The notes under the pieces were generated by a model. The model was not told the origin of the DNA. It did no database searches and saw only the letters and a program-made list of their open reading frames with translations. The position numbers and the translations under genes were made by a program. This document shows positions 43,605-53,372 of a DNA stretch of 64,000 nt, piece by piece (positions within the stretch are counted from its first letter, which is position 1; every line of letters starts with the position of its first letter). Origin of the DNA: Gammaproteobacteria bacterium (GTDB lineage Bacteria; Pseudomonadota; Gammaproteobacteria; Eutrophobiales; Eutrophobiaceae); assembly GCA_965204045.1 (NCBI GenBank), contig CBDBDW010000002.1, positions 1,887,284 through 1,951,283 on the forward strand. Direction: 5' to 3'.

Positions 43605-44261
43605 TCAAAACCCCATCTCCCCCACCACCTCCGGCACCACCATCTCCCCCGCAGTCTTGCTCACTATCTCATCCACGCTCACCCCCGGCGCCCGTTCCTT
43701 CAACCAGAACTTCCCGTCATTGATCTCCACGTAGGCCAGGTCGGTCACGATCTTGTGAATACACCCGGCGCCGGTCAGCGGCAGCGTACATTTCGGCAGT
43801 AGTTTCGATGCGCCGCTCTTGCTGGCATGAGTCATCGTGACAATGATATTGTCCGCCCCCGCCACCAGGTCCATGGCGCCGCCCATGCCTTTCACCAGCT
43901 TGCCCGGGATCATCCAGGAGGCGATGTTGCCTTCCACGTCCACTTCGAACGCGCCCAGCACCGTCAGGTCCACGTGGCCGCCGCGGATCATGGCAAAGGA
44001 TTCCGCAGAATTGAATATGGAAGCGCCGGTGATAGCCGTTACGGTCTGTTTGCCGGCGTTGATCATGTCCGCGTCCAGTTGCGCTTCGGTGGGGAACGGG
44101 CCCATGCCGAGCAAGCCGTTTTCCGATTGCAGCATGACCTCCATGCCGTCCGGGATGTAGTTGGCGACCAGGGTGGGGATGCCGATACCGAGATTGACGT
44201 AGTAGCCGTCGCGTAGTTCGCGTGCTACGCGCATTGCCAGTTGTTCGCGTGTGAGTGCCAT
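43605..44261 (-). CDS. scoB: 3-oxoacid CoA-transferase subunit B
   Basis: 218 aa. Catalytic-Glu motif 'LQSENGLLGMGP'. Confidence 0.85.
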   Translation of the reverse strand: MALTREQLAMRVARELRDGYYVNLGIGIPTLVANYIPDGMEVMLQSENGLLGMGPFPTEAQLDADMINAGKQTVTAITGASIFNSAESFAMIRGGHVDLTVLGAFEVDVEGNIASWMIPGKLVKGMGGAMDLVAGADNIIVTMTHASKSGASKLLPKCTLPLTGAGCIHKIVTDLAYVEINDGKFWLKERAPGVSVDEIVSKTAGEMVVPEVVGEMGF

Positions 44262-44265
44262 GGGT

Positions 44266-44964
44266 TTACTCCGTAATGGTGCGCTGTTCGATGCGTTTCT
44301 CGAACGCGCCCTGTATGAGCCGGTTCACGTAGATGCCCGGGGTGTGGATTGTGCCGGGTTCCAGCTCGCCGGGTTCCACTATCTCCTCCACTTCCACCAC
44401 CGTGATGCGGCCGGCGGTGGCGGCCATGGGGTTGAAGTTCTGCGCCGTGTGCCGGTAGATGACGTTGCCGTAGCGGTCCGCCTTCCAGCCCTTGACGATG
44501 GCGAAGTCGCCGGTGACGGCTTCCTCCAGGATGTAGTTGCGGCCGTTGAACTCGCGCACCTCCTTGCCTTCGCCCACCGGTGTGCCGTAACCGGTGGCGG
44601 TATAGAACGCCGGGATGCCGGCGCCGCCGGCGCGCATCTTCTCCGCCAGCGTGCCCTGGGGCGTGAGTTCCACTTCCAGTTCGCCATCGAGAAACTGCTG
44701 TTCGAAGATGGCGTTCTCGCCCACGTAGGACGAGACCATCTTTTTGATCTGCCGGCCTTCCAGCAACAGGCCCAGACCGAAATCGTCCACGCCGCAGTTA
44801 TTGGAAACGATGGTCAGGTCGCGCACCCCCATTTCCCTGATCCGGGCGATGCACCCTTCGGGGATGCCGCACAGGCCGAAGCCGCCGGCGATGATGGTCA
44901 TGCCGTCCTGCAGGCCGTCCAGCGCCTCGGCGTAAGTGGTTACAACTTTGTCAAATCCGGACAT
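44266..44964 (-). CDS. scoA: 3-oxoacid CoA-transferase subunit A
   Basis: 232 aa. '[17 protein letters not shown]', adjacent to subunit B. Confidence 0.85.
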   Translation of the reverse strand: MSGFDKVVTTYAEALDGLQDGMTIIAGGFGLCGIPEGCIARIREMGVRDLTIVSNNCGVDDFGLGLLLEGRQIKKMVSSYVGENAIFEQQFLDGELEVELTPQGTLAEKMRAGGAGIPAFYTATGYGTPVGEGKEVREFNGRNYILEEAVTGDFAIVKGWKADRYGNVIYRHTAQNFNPMAATAGRITVVEVEEIVEPGELEPGTIHTPGIYVNRLIQGAFEKRIEQRTITE

Positions 44965-44974
44965 GGTTTACCTC

Positions 44975-45622
44975 TCATGTGTTTGCGTCGATCTGGTTCT
45001 CCGGCGCCGCCTGCCGGAACGCCTCCAGTTCCATACAGGCCTGATCAATCCTGACAAGGGTGGGAAAGTCATCCATGGACACTTTGAAGCGGCGGGCATT
45101 GTAGATTTGCGGGACCAGGCAGGCATCGGCGATGCCGACCTGTCCGTCCAGGCAGTAGGGACCCTGCCATTCCCTGCCGTCCAGCAGTTTTTCCAGCGCC
45201 GTGAAACCCCTCCTCACCCAATGGTGATACCAGTCATCCCTTGCTTCATCGCCCTGTTCCAGGGCGTGTTTCAGGTATTTCAGCACGCGCAGGTTATTCA
45301 ACGGGTGGATATCGCAGGCGACCACCAGCGCGAACTGCTGGGCAAATGCCCTTTCTTCTATCGACTGCGGGTACAGGGCCGGTTCCGGGTACCTGGTTTC
45401 CAGGTAATCCATAATGGCGAGAGACTGGCCGATGCGGACGTCGCCATCCACCAGGGCAGGGACGACGCCCTGGGGGTTTATCGCCTGGTATTCGGCCTGG
45501 AGCTGCTCGCCGCCGTCCTTCAGCAGGTGCACCGGCGCCACCTCGTAATCCAACCCTTTCAGGTTGAGAGCGATGCGCACCCGGTATGCGGCCGATGAGC
45601 GCCAGTAGCTGTACAGTTTCAT
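44975..45622 (-). CDS. maiA: Maleylacetoacetate isomerase (GST zeta)
   Basis: 215 aa. 'LYSYWRSSAAYRVRIALNLKG'. Confidence 0.85.
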   Translation of the reverse strand: MKLYSYWRSSAAYRVRIALNLKGLDYEVAPVHLLKDGGEQLQAEYQAINPQGVVPALVDGDVRIGQSLAIMDYLETRYPEPALYPQSIEERAFAQQFALVVACDIHPLNNLRVLKYLKHALEQGDEARDDWYHHWVRRGFTALEKLLDGREWQGPYCLDGQVGIADACLVPQIYNARRFKVSMDDFPTLVRIDQACMELEAFRQAAPENQIDANT

Positions 45623-45625
45623 GAA

Positions 45626-46618
45626 TTACCTGGGTGGGTGGTACTGGGTGACGACTTGGTCGATTCTGCCGAAGATGGTCTCGCCGTTCTCGCCGAACAT
45701 TTCAATCTCAATACGATCACCGAACTTCATGAATTCGGTGGTGGGCTTGCCGTCGGCGATAACCTCCAGGCACCTGATTTCGGAGATGCAGGATGAGCCG
45801 TCCTTGCTGCCGACATTGGACACCGTGCCGGACCCGACCACCGTACCCGCCATGAGCGGGCGGGACTTGGCGGCATGGGAAATCAGCCGGGGCAGGTCGA
45901 AGGTGTTATCGACGCCGGCGTTGGGCGACCCCAGTTTAATGCCGTTCATGGTGGAATGCAGGGGCAGGTGGATCTTGCCGCCGTCCCAGGCATCGCCCAG
46001 TTCGTCCGGCGTAACGGCAACGGGCGCAAACGAGGTATGTGGCTTGGACTGGTAGAAGCCGAACTGCTTGGCCAGTTCCGCGGGTATCAGGTTCCTCAGC
46101 GATACGTCGTTGATGATGGTGATCAGTTTGATATGCTCTTTTGCCTGTTCGGGGGTGATGCCCGCGGGCACGTCGTCGGTGAAGATCGCCACCTCGGATT
46201 CAAAGTCTATGCCCCAGTCTTCGCTTTCCAGCGGGATATCATCGCAGGGGCCGAGAAACACATCGGAGGCGCCCATGTACATGAGCGGGTCCGTATAGAA
46301 CGACTCGGGCAGTACCGCGCCGCGCGCCTTGCGCACCAGTTCGACGTGGGTGACGTAGGCGCTGCCGTCCGCCCAGTGGTAGGAGCGGGGCAGGGGCGCG
46401 GCGACCTGTTTCGGGTCGAAGTCGAAGGCGTTTTCAACGTTTCCTTCCTGGAGGAGGTTAAAGACTTTTATAAGGGCCGGCTCCGTTTCCGCCCAATTCT
46501 CCAGCGCGGCCTGCAGGGTCGGTGCGATGTCCGGCATTTTGACCGCCCTGCTCATGTCGCGGTTCACTACAACCAGGGTGCCGTCGCGCCCTCCCTCTTT
46601 AAGACTGGCGAGTTTCAC
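45626..46618 (-). CDS. Fumarylacetoacetate hydrolase family protein
   Basis: 330 aa with a FAH-fold C-terminal half ('PLMAGTVVGSGTVSN'). It sits directly upstream of maiA in the same operon. Confidence 0.75.
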   Translation of the reverse strand: MKLASLKEGGRDGTLVVVNRDMSRAVKMPDIAPTLQAALENWAETEPALIKVFNLLQEGNVENAFDFDPKQVAAPLPRSYHWADGSAYVTHVELVRKARGAVLPESFYTDPLMYMGASDVFLGPCDDIPLESEDWGIDFESEVAIFTDDVPAGITPEQAKEHIKLITIINDVSLRNLIPAELAKQFGFYQSKPHTSFAPVAVTPDELGDAWDGGKIHLPLHSTMNGIKLGSPNAGVDNTFDLPRLISHAAKSRPLMAGTVVGSGTVSNVGSKDGSSCISEIRCLEVIADGKPTTEFMKFGDRIEIEMFGENGETIFGRIDQVVTQYHPPR

Positions 46619-46677
46619 AGACTGTCTCCTCGAAAATTAGTTACATTTGAAACTATACCGGGTTACCGCAATTTTAG

Positions 46678-46977
46678 TCAAGGTAGTTCTCTCTTTCTAC
46701 TTCTGTGGCGGACATGCAGCACTTCTACCGTATCACCCCGGATACGAAACAGCACTCGATATGGCCTCACAATAAGGTGTCGGATTTCATAACTTCGATA
46801 ACGGCTTTCAATGGCTATCGGACAACGCCTGGGATTTTCTTGCAGGGAAAGTATTTTCTCTTGGATGTTCCGGTACCAGCGTACCGCGTTGGTTATGGAA
46901 TCCTTGGCAATATAATCGAAATTATCTTCGAGTTCAGTGATGACTGAGGGCGGGATCCTGACCTTATAGGTCGGCAT
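46678..46977 (-). CDS. RelE/ParE family toxin
   Basis: 'MPTYKVRIPPSVITELEDNFDYIAKDS...YRVLFRIRGDTVEVLHVRH'. The ATG at 46977 overlaps the antitoxin 3' end. Confidence 0.8.
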   Translation of the reverse strand: MPTYKVRIPPSVITELEDNFDYIAKDSITNAVRWYRNIQEKILSLQENPRRCPIAIESRYRSYEIRHLIVRPYRVLFRIRGDTVEVLHVRHRSRKRELP

Positions 46978-47269
46978 CGGGAAATTTGCCGCCAATGCGT
47001 TTGCTTAAGGCGCAAAAGGCATCGTCGGCTGCAATCCCTTTCCCTTCCTCATGTTCCCTTGCTCCAAGATATGTCTTTTCGAGTGAGTCCAACAGATTCA
47101 TCATATCCTCATAAGCCCGGACATCCTGGATGATGACCTCGGCCTTACCGTTAACGGTAAGGATTTCGGGTTTTCCCGTAGCTTTCAGCCGTTTGATGTA
47201 TTCGTCAGGCTTGCGGCTGAAATCTGAGATCGGATGAATGGCGTCCATTGAAAACACAGCTTTTTTCAT
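46964..47269 (-). CDS. Phd/YefM-type antitoxin
   Basis: 101 aa. 'ISDFSRKPDEYIKRLKATGKPEILTVNGKAEVIIQDVRAYEDM'. Confidence 0.75.
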   Translation of the reverse strand: MKKAVFSMDAIHPISDFSRKPDEYIKRLKATGKPEILTVNGKAEVIIQDVRAYEDMMNLLDSLEKTYLGAREHEEGKGIAADDAFCALSKRIGGKFPDADL

Positions 47270-47380
47270 TACAGTGTTGCAGGTACCAATAAACTACCAG
47301 CCTGGTGTTACTGTGTCAAATTACAGTGTTCAACCGGGTGTGATTCAAAGTGTGGTCAAATCGGCGCATGTATCCAACGT

Positions 47381-47412
47381 TGTCATTCCGGGCTTGACCC
47401 GGAATCCAGTCG
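47381..47412. repeat. Family-D REP-like hairpin
   Basis: 'tgtcattccgggcttgacccggaatccagtcg'. It supplies the last codons and the stop of the VapB-like ORF. Confidence 0.75.
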
Positions 47413-47661
47413 ATAAACCTTCCTTATATACCGGTCCCGATCTTCCCGTAAAAGTTCAACGCTATCAGTTTGAATCCTGTCGGTCATACCGGAAATCTGT
47501 CGCGTCCGTTCCCGAAAGTCAGCAATATTGATGCGACGGTCGGCCCGTTGCGTCAGCATATAACGCACTTCTGCTTCGAGCGAACGCTGGTTTGTCCTGG
47601 CTTGCGCTTTTAACGTCTCGATCACGTTATCATCAAGGTTGCGGATGGTTAAGGTTCCCAT
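47383..47661 (-). CDS. FitA/VapB-like RHH antitoxin, orphan, with repeat-derived C-terminal extension
   Basis: 'MGTLTIRNLDDNVIETLKAQARTNQRSLEAEVRYML'. No PIN gene lies downstream. The tail '...RLDSGSSPE*' is read from the family-D repeat. Confidence 0.6.
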   Translation of the reverse strand: MGTLTIRNLDDNVIETLKAQARTNQRSLEAEVRYMLTQRADRRINIADFRERTRQISGMTDRIQTDSVELLREDRDRYIRKVYRLDSGSSPE

Positions 47662-47733
47662 GCTCTGATCTCCGGTTAAGGTGCAAGCAATATGCTGGCA
47701 TATTGATATCAACAAGGCAAATAATTCTGAAAA

Positions 47734-47820
47734 TCAGGGTGTTATGGAATCCCAAGCAATAAAATCGAAATTTTCTTCAAGTTCGGCGATGACTGAGGGA
47801 GAGATACTGACCTTGACCAT
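47734..47820 (-). pseudogene. Truncated parE/relE paralogue (first ~27 codons only)
   Basis: MVKVSISPSVIAELEENFDFIAWDSITP* aligns with the N-terminus of the ParE at 46977 (KVRIPPSVITELEDNFDYIAKDSIT). Confidence 0.6.
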
Positions 47821-47883
47821 TTTGTTGAAGCCAACAACATGGTTTTCGAAAGGTTTTTGGATAGCTGGAAAGTAAACATTCCG

Positions 47884-48624
47884 CTATGCTTGACGAAACA
47901 AAGCCATTTCCAGCTTATGTTTTCGGTTCATCCAGTCAGGAAGTGAGCGTTCAAGCAGGTGTTGGAATTCCGAGCCGTGGTTGTGATGGAGCAGATGGCA
48001 CAATTCATGGATGACCACATATTCAATACACTCCCGCGGCGCCTTTATGAGTTCCGGGTTCAGTGTCAGTGTCGCTTTTCTGCTCAGGCTTCCCCAGCGG
48101 TTCTTCATGTGAGCAATCCTGAGAGTCGGCTTGGAAGCGCCGTGTTTTTGAAAACCAATCCAGCAGTTGTCAAACACTTTTGCAAAATATTGGGCAGCCT
48201 TGTCCAGGTACCACGCCTGCAATAATTCGGCAATATGTTTTGCACAGGCATCGGTTGTACTGATCAGAAAAAACTTACCTTTCAGCAGTACCTGGTCGTT
48301 ATCAGAAGATGTTATTTTCAGGCGGTAACTGCGCCCGAGATATAAGTGACTTTCGCCACCGACAAATTTTCTGGGCGGCGTACGGGGCTCGAACTGGGCG
48401 AAATAACGTAACTGTTTTCGTATCCAGCGCGCTCGTTTCTTAATCTTCGCCTCGACGTCTGCCAACGCAGCTATCATAGGCGCTTTGACCACAACGGCTC
48501 CATCCGGGTATACGGAAATTTCCAGCGACTTTCTGTCCGTAAATTGCAGAACGTAACTGATGATAGAGTCTCCGTAGTTCAGTTGACGACGCTCTCGAAG
48601 GTCAGTCCCCGAGGCGGATGTCAT
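47884..48624 (-). CDS. DUF45/YgjP-like (M48/WLM-type) zinc metallopeptidase associated with type I R-M
   Basis: 246 aa. 'VVIHELCHLLHHNH' (HExxH). Overlaps the hsdR stop by 4 nt. Confidence 0.75.
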   Translation of the reverse strand: MTSASGTDLRERRQLNYGDSIISYVLQFTDRKSLEISVYPDGAVVVKAPMIAALADVEAKIKKRARWIRKQLRYFAQFEPRTPPRKFVGGESHLYLGRSYRLKITSSDNDQVLLKGKFFLISTTDACAKHIAELLQAWYLDKAAQYFAKVFDNCWIGFQKHGASKPTLRIAHMKNRWGSLSRKATLTLNPELIKAPRECIEYVVIHELCHLLHHNHGSEFQHLLERSLPDWMNRKHKLEMALFRQA

Positions 48625-51600
48625 TCAAGATTGCTCCGGCGTCTGGCGACCCTCATGAGTTTTTCGATGATTTCATCCATCTGTTCAACACTCAGTGGTA
48701 CACCATGCTTGTATTTGATCTCATCATGCAGGTAATCATCAATGGCATTCTCAACGTTGTTCCCGGCGTCCGGATCATTCCAGAAATCAACTTTTCTGCA
48801 ATCCATCAAGATAATCTGAGCAGCGAGAGCGGTGTCCGCCGCCATATCGTCAAGTTCTTGTCCGGAAATAGTGTTATGTGCCAGGTAAACAGGTTTTACC
48901 ACTCCGTAATAGGCGCAAGCCTCGTCGTTGTCGCGTAATTTCGCAGGAGCGTCATCGTGCCTCCCGGATACAATCCGGTCGCGTAACCGGGTCACCTGGT
49001 TGAGGTATTCGAGATCACTGATGCGTTTTGCCCTGGAAGCATCAATCACTTCCTGGATCAATTCTGAGAATTTGCTGAAAAACGCCGGGTCTTCATCCAT
49101 CTTTTCGGTAATGGTTCGTTTGACCGCGTGGGCTATGGTATCTGCCCTGGCCGCCGTTGTTTGCCCGCCATAAACACCTTGCTCATCCTTGACCTGATTG
49201 AATGACGAATTATCAAAGATGTTTACCGGCTCATTGAGCCGGGTGACTGTGTCTGCCTGAATATGAGTATCAAGCAGTTTTCTGATACGCGGCTCAATAC
49301 TGCTGAAATCCACACTTTCAGCATAACGCAGCCGGACCGCGCCGCTGAGTCTCTGAAAGCGTTTCAGGTCATCCTTGTAGCGCTTCATCTCGCTTTCATC
49401 GGTTTTTGTTACGAACCGTTCCGATGATAAGGCAATAGCGAGTGTTTTCGCGTATTCCGACAAGCGGGCATAGAACTCCTCTCGCAGTTCCGTGTCGGCC
49501 AACAGCCGTTCATACTGTTCCTCATCGCTTCGGTTTTCAATCTTCCTGAAGATATCCCACAAATCCGAGTGGCGTTGCGGCAGTCTGTCAGCTTCTTCAT
49601 TGATCGATGCGAGCGATTCGGCAAGGTCGTCTTCGTCGAAGTCCTGTAGCACGTCGTACATCGTCAGCGCCATGTCCAGTTCCTTCAGCACGTTGTTGTA
49701 ATCGATGATATAGCCGAATTCCTTGTCCCGGTACACACGGTTGACCCGTGCGATGGCTTGTAACAACGTGTGTTCCCGCAAGGTGCAACACAGGTACAGC
49801 ACCGTATTGCGCGGGGCGTCAAATCCCGTCAGTAATTTGTTTACGACGACCAGGATTTCCGGTTCGTCGCCGTCATTGAAGCGTTTGATGATCTGCTCAT
49901 CACGCTCTTCCTCCGAGCCATATTTGCTCAATTCCTTGTGCCAGAATTTGTTTACGGCGTTTGTTGGCCCTTCATCAATTTGTTCATGTCCCTCCCGCAG
50001 GTCCGGCGCCGAGATGATCACTTCTGAGGATACTGAGCCGAGTTCATCCAGGAACTGGTGATACCTGATTGCGACAGATTTAAGCGGCGCAACCAGTTGC
50101 GCTTTGAAACCGGTGTTCTGCCAATGGGTGCGGAAATGTTCGCTGATGTCGAAGGCGCGCATGTAAACGACCTGGTCTACAGTGTTCAACAATTCGGCGC
50201 GAGCGTACTTTTTCTTCAAATCTGCCTTCTGGTTTTCGTTCAATCCGGTGGGATGCCGCTCAAACCACAGGTCCACGGCCGCTTTATCCTGTTTCATCTC
50301 CGCGTGGCGGCCCTCATACAGCAGCGGAACCACCGCCTTGTCGCTGACCGCCTGCCGAATAGTGTAAGAAGGCTGAATAAGCTCTCCGAATTTGGCGAAG
50401 TTGTTCTTCTGTTCTTTTGTCAGCGGCGTCCCCGTGAATCCGAGATAACAGGCGTTGGGCAGCATTTGCCGCATGCGCGCCGCAAGTTCGCCGAAGTTGG
50501 TGCGGTGGCTTTCATCCACCAGCACGAGGATGTCAGTCGATGTGTCGGTATACTTTTCCGCTGCCAGGGCTGTCTCGAACTTGTGAATCAAGGTGGTGAT
50601 GATGTCCACGCTGTTCTTGAGGTGTTTTACCAGGTTGCGTCCGGAGGTAGCCTGTTCCCGGCTCAGGCCGCAGGCAACGAAAGTGTTGCCCAACTGCCTG
50701 TCCAGGTCCTTGCGGTCGGTGACCAGTACGATTCGCAGGGAACCGATACTTGCATCCAGCGCAAGGGCGCGTACCAGCATCACCATGCTCAGGGATTTCC
50801 CTGATCCCTGGGTATGCCAGATCATTCCACCTTTGCGGCGGCCCTGGACATCGCGTTGTTTAAGGCGACGGATGGTTGAGTGCACGACAAAATATTGTTG
50901 ATAGCGTGCGATTTTCCTGATGCCGTTGTCGAACACGACAAAGTGATAGGTCAGGTCCAACAGTCGTTGGGGGCGACACAGACTGTAAATCGATTTGTCC
51001 TGCTCAGTTGCCAGGCGTCCCTTTTCGCTCTCCAGCGCCTCGAAAAAGCTGCGTGCAAGGGCAAATTCGCCGGAAAACAGCCGGTCTTTCTGCTCAGGAA
51101 CCAGCGGATTGTTGATGCTGGTTTCAACAGCATCTTCACGATCCTCGCGTTCCTGCCAGGCGCTCCAATACTCCTTGTCCGAGCCGGCAGTGGCGTATAA
51201 GGCTGTGGTCTTGTTAACTCCCATCACCAGTTGCGCGTAGATGAACAGTTGCGGGATATAGTCACCGCCCTGGTTACGGATGTTCTGGGATACTGCCTGC
51301 TCAACTTCCTCGTCGGGCGCTTTGCACTCGATTACGACTAACGGGATGCCGTTTACAAATAAAACGATGTCCGGACGTGCGGTTTCCACGCTGTGTCTGC
51401 GCAGTACCGGAAACTCAGCCGTAACCTGGAACAGGTTATTGTCCGGTTGCTTCCAGTCGATGTAGTTCATGGAGAAACTCTTGGAATCGCCTTCGATTGT
51501 TTGTTCCAGGGCAACGCCCAACGTCAGCAGGTCATACACTGCCTCATTGGTCTTTTGCAGGCCCTGGTAGGGGATATTCCTGATTTTCCTGATTGTGGAC

Positions 51601-51824
51601 TGGATGTTCTCCTCACTGAACAGGTACTCGCGACCTTTGTAACGAATACGGTTGATGCGCTTTAACTGTTCCCGCAAGGTGTCCTCAAGCAGGACATTGA
51701 CAAGCTGGCCGCCGCGTTGGGCCAGCGCCTGCTCCGGAGTTATGTATTCAAAACCCAGGTTGATCAGTTGTTGCAGGGCAGGGATCTGGGAGAGGTATTT
51801 TTCGTTGAACCTGAAGTCGGGCAT
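48621..51824 (-). CDS. hsdR: Type I restriction enzyme R subunit
   Basis: 1067 aa. Nuclease N-terminus, helicase motif I 'HTQGSGKSLSM' and motif II 'LVLVDESHR'. Confidence 0.9.
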   Translation of the reverse strand: MPDFRFNEKYLSQIPALQQLINLGFEYITPEQALAQRGGQLVNVLLEDTLREQLKRINRIRYKGREYLFSEENIQSTIRKIRNIPYQGLQKTNEAVYDLLTLGVALEQTIEGDSKSFSMNYIDWKQPDNNLFQVTAEFPVLRRHSVETARPDIVLFVNGIPLVVIECKAPDEEVEQAVSQNIRNQGGDYIPQLFIYAQLVMGVNKTTALYATAGSDKEYWSAWQEREDREDAVETSINNPLVPEQKDRLFSGEFALARSFFEALESEKGRLATEQDKSIYSLCRPQRLLDLTYHFVVFDNGIRKIARYQQYFVVHSTIRRLKQRDVQGRRKGGMIWHTQGSGKSLSMVMLVRALALDASIGSLRIVLVTDRKDLDRQLGNTFVACGLSREQATSGRNLVKHLKNSVDIITTLIHKFETALAAEKYTDTSTDILVLVDESHRTNFGELAARMRQMLPNACYLGFTGTPLTKEQKNNFAKFGELIQPSYTIRQAVSDKAVVPLLYEGRHAEMKQDKAAVDLWFERHPTGLNENQKADLKKKYARAELLNTVDQVVYMRAFDISEHFRTHWQNTGFKAQLVAPLKSVAIRYHQFLDELGSVSSEVIISAPDLREGHEQIDEGPTNAVNKFWHKELSKYGSEEERDEQIIKRFNDGDEPEILVVVNKLLTGFDAPRNTVLYLCCTLREHTLLQAIARVNRVYRDKEFGYIIDYNNVLKELDMALTMYDVLQDFDEDDLAESLASINEEADRLPQRHSDLWDIFRKIENRSDEEQYERLLADTELREEFYARLSEYAKTLAIALSSERFVTKTDESEMKRYKDDLKRFQRLSGAVRLRYAESVDFSSIEPRIRKLLDTHIQADTVTRLNEPVNIFDNSSFNQVKDEQGVYGGQTTAARADTIAHAVKRTITEKMDEDPAFFSKFSELIQEVIDASRAKRISDLEYLNQVTRLRDRIVSGRHDDAPAKLRDNDEACAYYGVVKPVYLAHNTISGQELDDMAADTALAAQIILMDCRKVDFWNDPDAGNNVENAIDDYLHDEIKYKHGVPLSVEQMDEIIEKLMRVARRRSNLE

Positions 51825-51916
51825 CAGTTCGCTCTACTTGATGTTCAAAGCATGCCAATAGGGCTGGAAACTAAGCTTAGAGGGGTCCATTTTGACTCAC
51901 TAACTCTTCAACAAAA

Positions 51917-52156
51917 TTAATCGCTTCTCGAAGTGTTGATCGCTTCCAGGTGCTCCCGCATGGTTTTACCACCAACCGTGATACCTTCCAACGCCACTTT
52001 GGTTTCTTTGAGTGTAAGCGTGTTGTCTTCAATTGCATTGGAGTGGTAAGTCCAACGCAACACAAGGTCCTCACGCAGGTTTTTGATTACAGCAGGAGGA
52101 AGAGGACGATGAGCATCAAATTTTTGCTTGAGTTGGTCCAGGTGGCGGTAGATCAC
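51917..52156 (-). pseudogene. Fic-family gene fragment (N-terminal part only)
   Basis: 79 aa. 'WTYHSNAIEDNTLTLKETKVALEGITVGGKTMREHLEAIN'. It stops before any HxFx(D/E)GNGR motif. Confidence 0.65.
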
Positions 52157-52217
52157 AGATCAGTTCTCACAATATATTCCGGGCTTGCCCCCTGACTCTC
52201 ATAATGTTCAGGTATTG

Positions 52218-53372
52218 TCATAATCGAGTCTTCCATTGTCCTGTCAGTAGTTTATGCATCAATCCGCGTTTTTGGATGCGGTATTTTTCCGAGATCTCCT
52301 TCGTTTTGTTGATCTCGGTTTCACCCGTCTTTAACAAAGAAGTAATGGCTTCCTGCTCGTAGAGGGGTGGGACAGGAACTTCGACGTTCTCCAGGAAGCG
52401 TCCGTAGATGTGTACAATCGAGTTACCCTGGCCTAATTTGTTTAATTGTCGTCTTCCTCCGGTATTCAAATAGTACGAAGCAAAGTCTGCGCGAAGTTTC
52501 CTTGGGTCAATAGAACAGATAATTACATCCCCTCCTGCGCGTGCTTCTATATTGTGATTGAAAGATGCACATTTTCCAATTTCCTCTCTTGTTTCGCCTG
52601 AACCGGCAAAAAGCAGGTCGTTATTTTCGATAAGCTTATACTTGTCTGCATTTTTGTGACTGACAAATGAACAAAAATTTCGGATTCTGAAATTATGCCT
52701 TGTATAGAGTTCTCCGTAGCGAACACATGGAGTTCCCTCGGCTGTGAGCTCTTCTTTCGTAATACCATGTCCCTTAGAAAACCTACCGACTTCCACTAAT
52801 TTAGATTTATCCCAATTAGCAGAGGATTGTCTCTGGTCTATTAGTGATCTGAGCAACGATTCAAATCGCTTTTGTTTAGCTGTGATGAGCGCCTCGGTTT
52901 TCTCAATGGCTGTGTCCCAGGTCTCAATTAAGGAAACAATGGCTTTTTGTTCGGCTAACGGCGGAACAAGGATAAACTGTTTATGCACATCGTTTCGGTT
53001 TAGGGTTGGGACACCACTACCTGCATCGTATTTTTCAAGTCGTAATCGTTCGAGGGCATAGAAAACAAACTTAGGAAAATTACCCTTAAAGTTTGTAACC
53101 CATAAAGATGTGTTGTGCGGCCAGTAGTTCGTTTCAACGTAAGTAACTTTTCCAATAGTTCCAGACCGTCCTGTCACGACTCCAGGAGCAACAACTTTGA
53201 ATTTCGAGTGGTAGTTGTTAATTCCATTAGAATACACAACAGGATATGTTCCTTTTTCGATTTTTGAGCTTGGTAAATCATAGCCTCTTTGTAACGGAGA
53301 AAAATCTATAATCCTCATTTTTTTCCATCCCTGAGGTAATGATTCGTCCCGGATTTCCCTATTCATGCTCAC
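52218..53372 (-). CDS. hsdS: Type I R-M specificity subunit (two target-recognition domains)
   Basis: 384 aa. Two TRD-like halves are separated by conserved helices 'PPLAEQKAIVSLIE...' and 'PPLYEQEAITSLLK...'. Confidence 0.85.
   Translation of the reverse strand: MSMNREIRDESLPQGWKKMRIIDFSPLQRGYDLPSSKIEKGTYPVVYSNGINNYHSKFKVVAPGVVTGRSGTIGKVTYVETNYWPHNTSLWVTNFKGNFPKFVFYALERLRLEKYDAGSGVPTLNRNDVHKQFILVPPLAEQKAIVSLIETWDTAIEKTEALITAKQKRFESLLRSLIDQRQSSANWDKSKLVEVGRFSKGHGITKEELTAEGTPCVRYGELYTRHNFRIRNFCSFVSHKNADKYKLIENNDLLFAGSGETREEIGKCASFNHNIEARAGGDVIICSIDPRKLRADFASYYLNTGGRRQLNKLGQGNSIVHIYGRFLENVEVPVPPLYEQEAITSLLKTGETEINKTKEISEKYRIQKRGLMHKLLTGQWKTRL

Noticed and set aside
44251-46792. Long plus-strand ORFs 44251..45054, 44936..45598 and 45875..46792
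   Set aside because: They are antisense to scoA, maiA and the FAH-family gene, all of which have diagnostic motifs. Their translated sequences are Gly/Ala/Arg-rich without motifs.
50058-50804. 248-aa plus-strand ORF within hsdR, and 57276..57893 within the half-hsdS
   Set aside because: They are antisense to genes with clear type I R-M motifs and have no domain signal.
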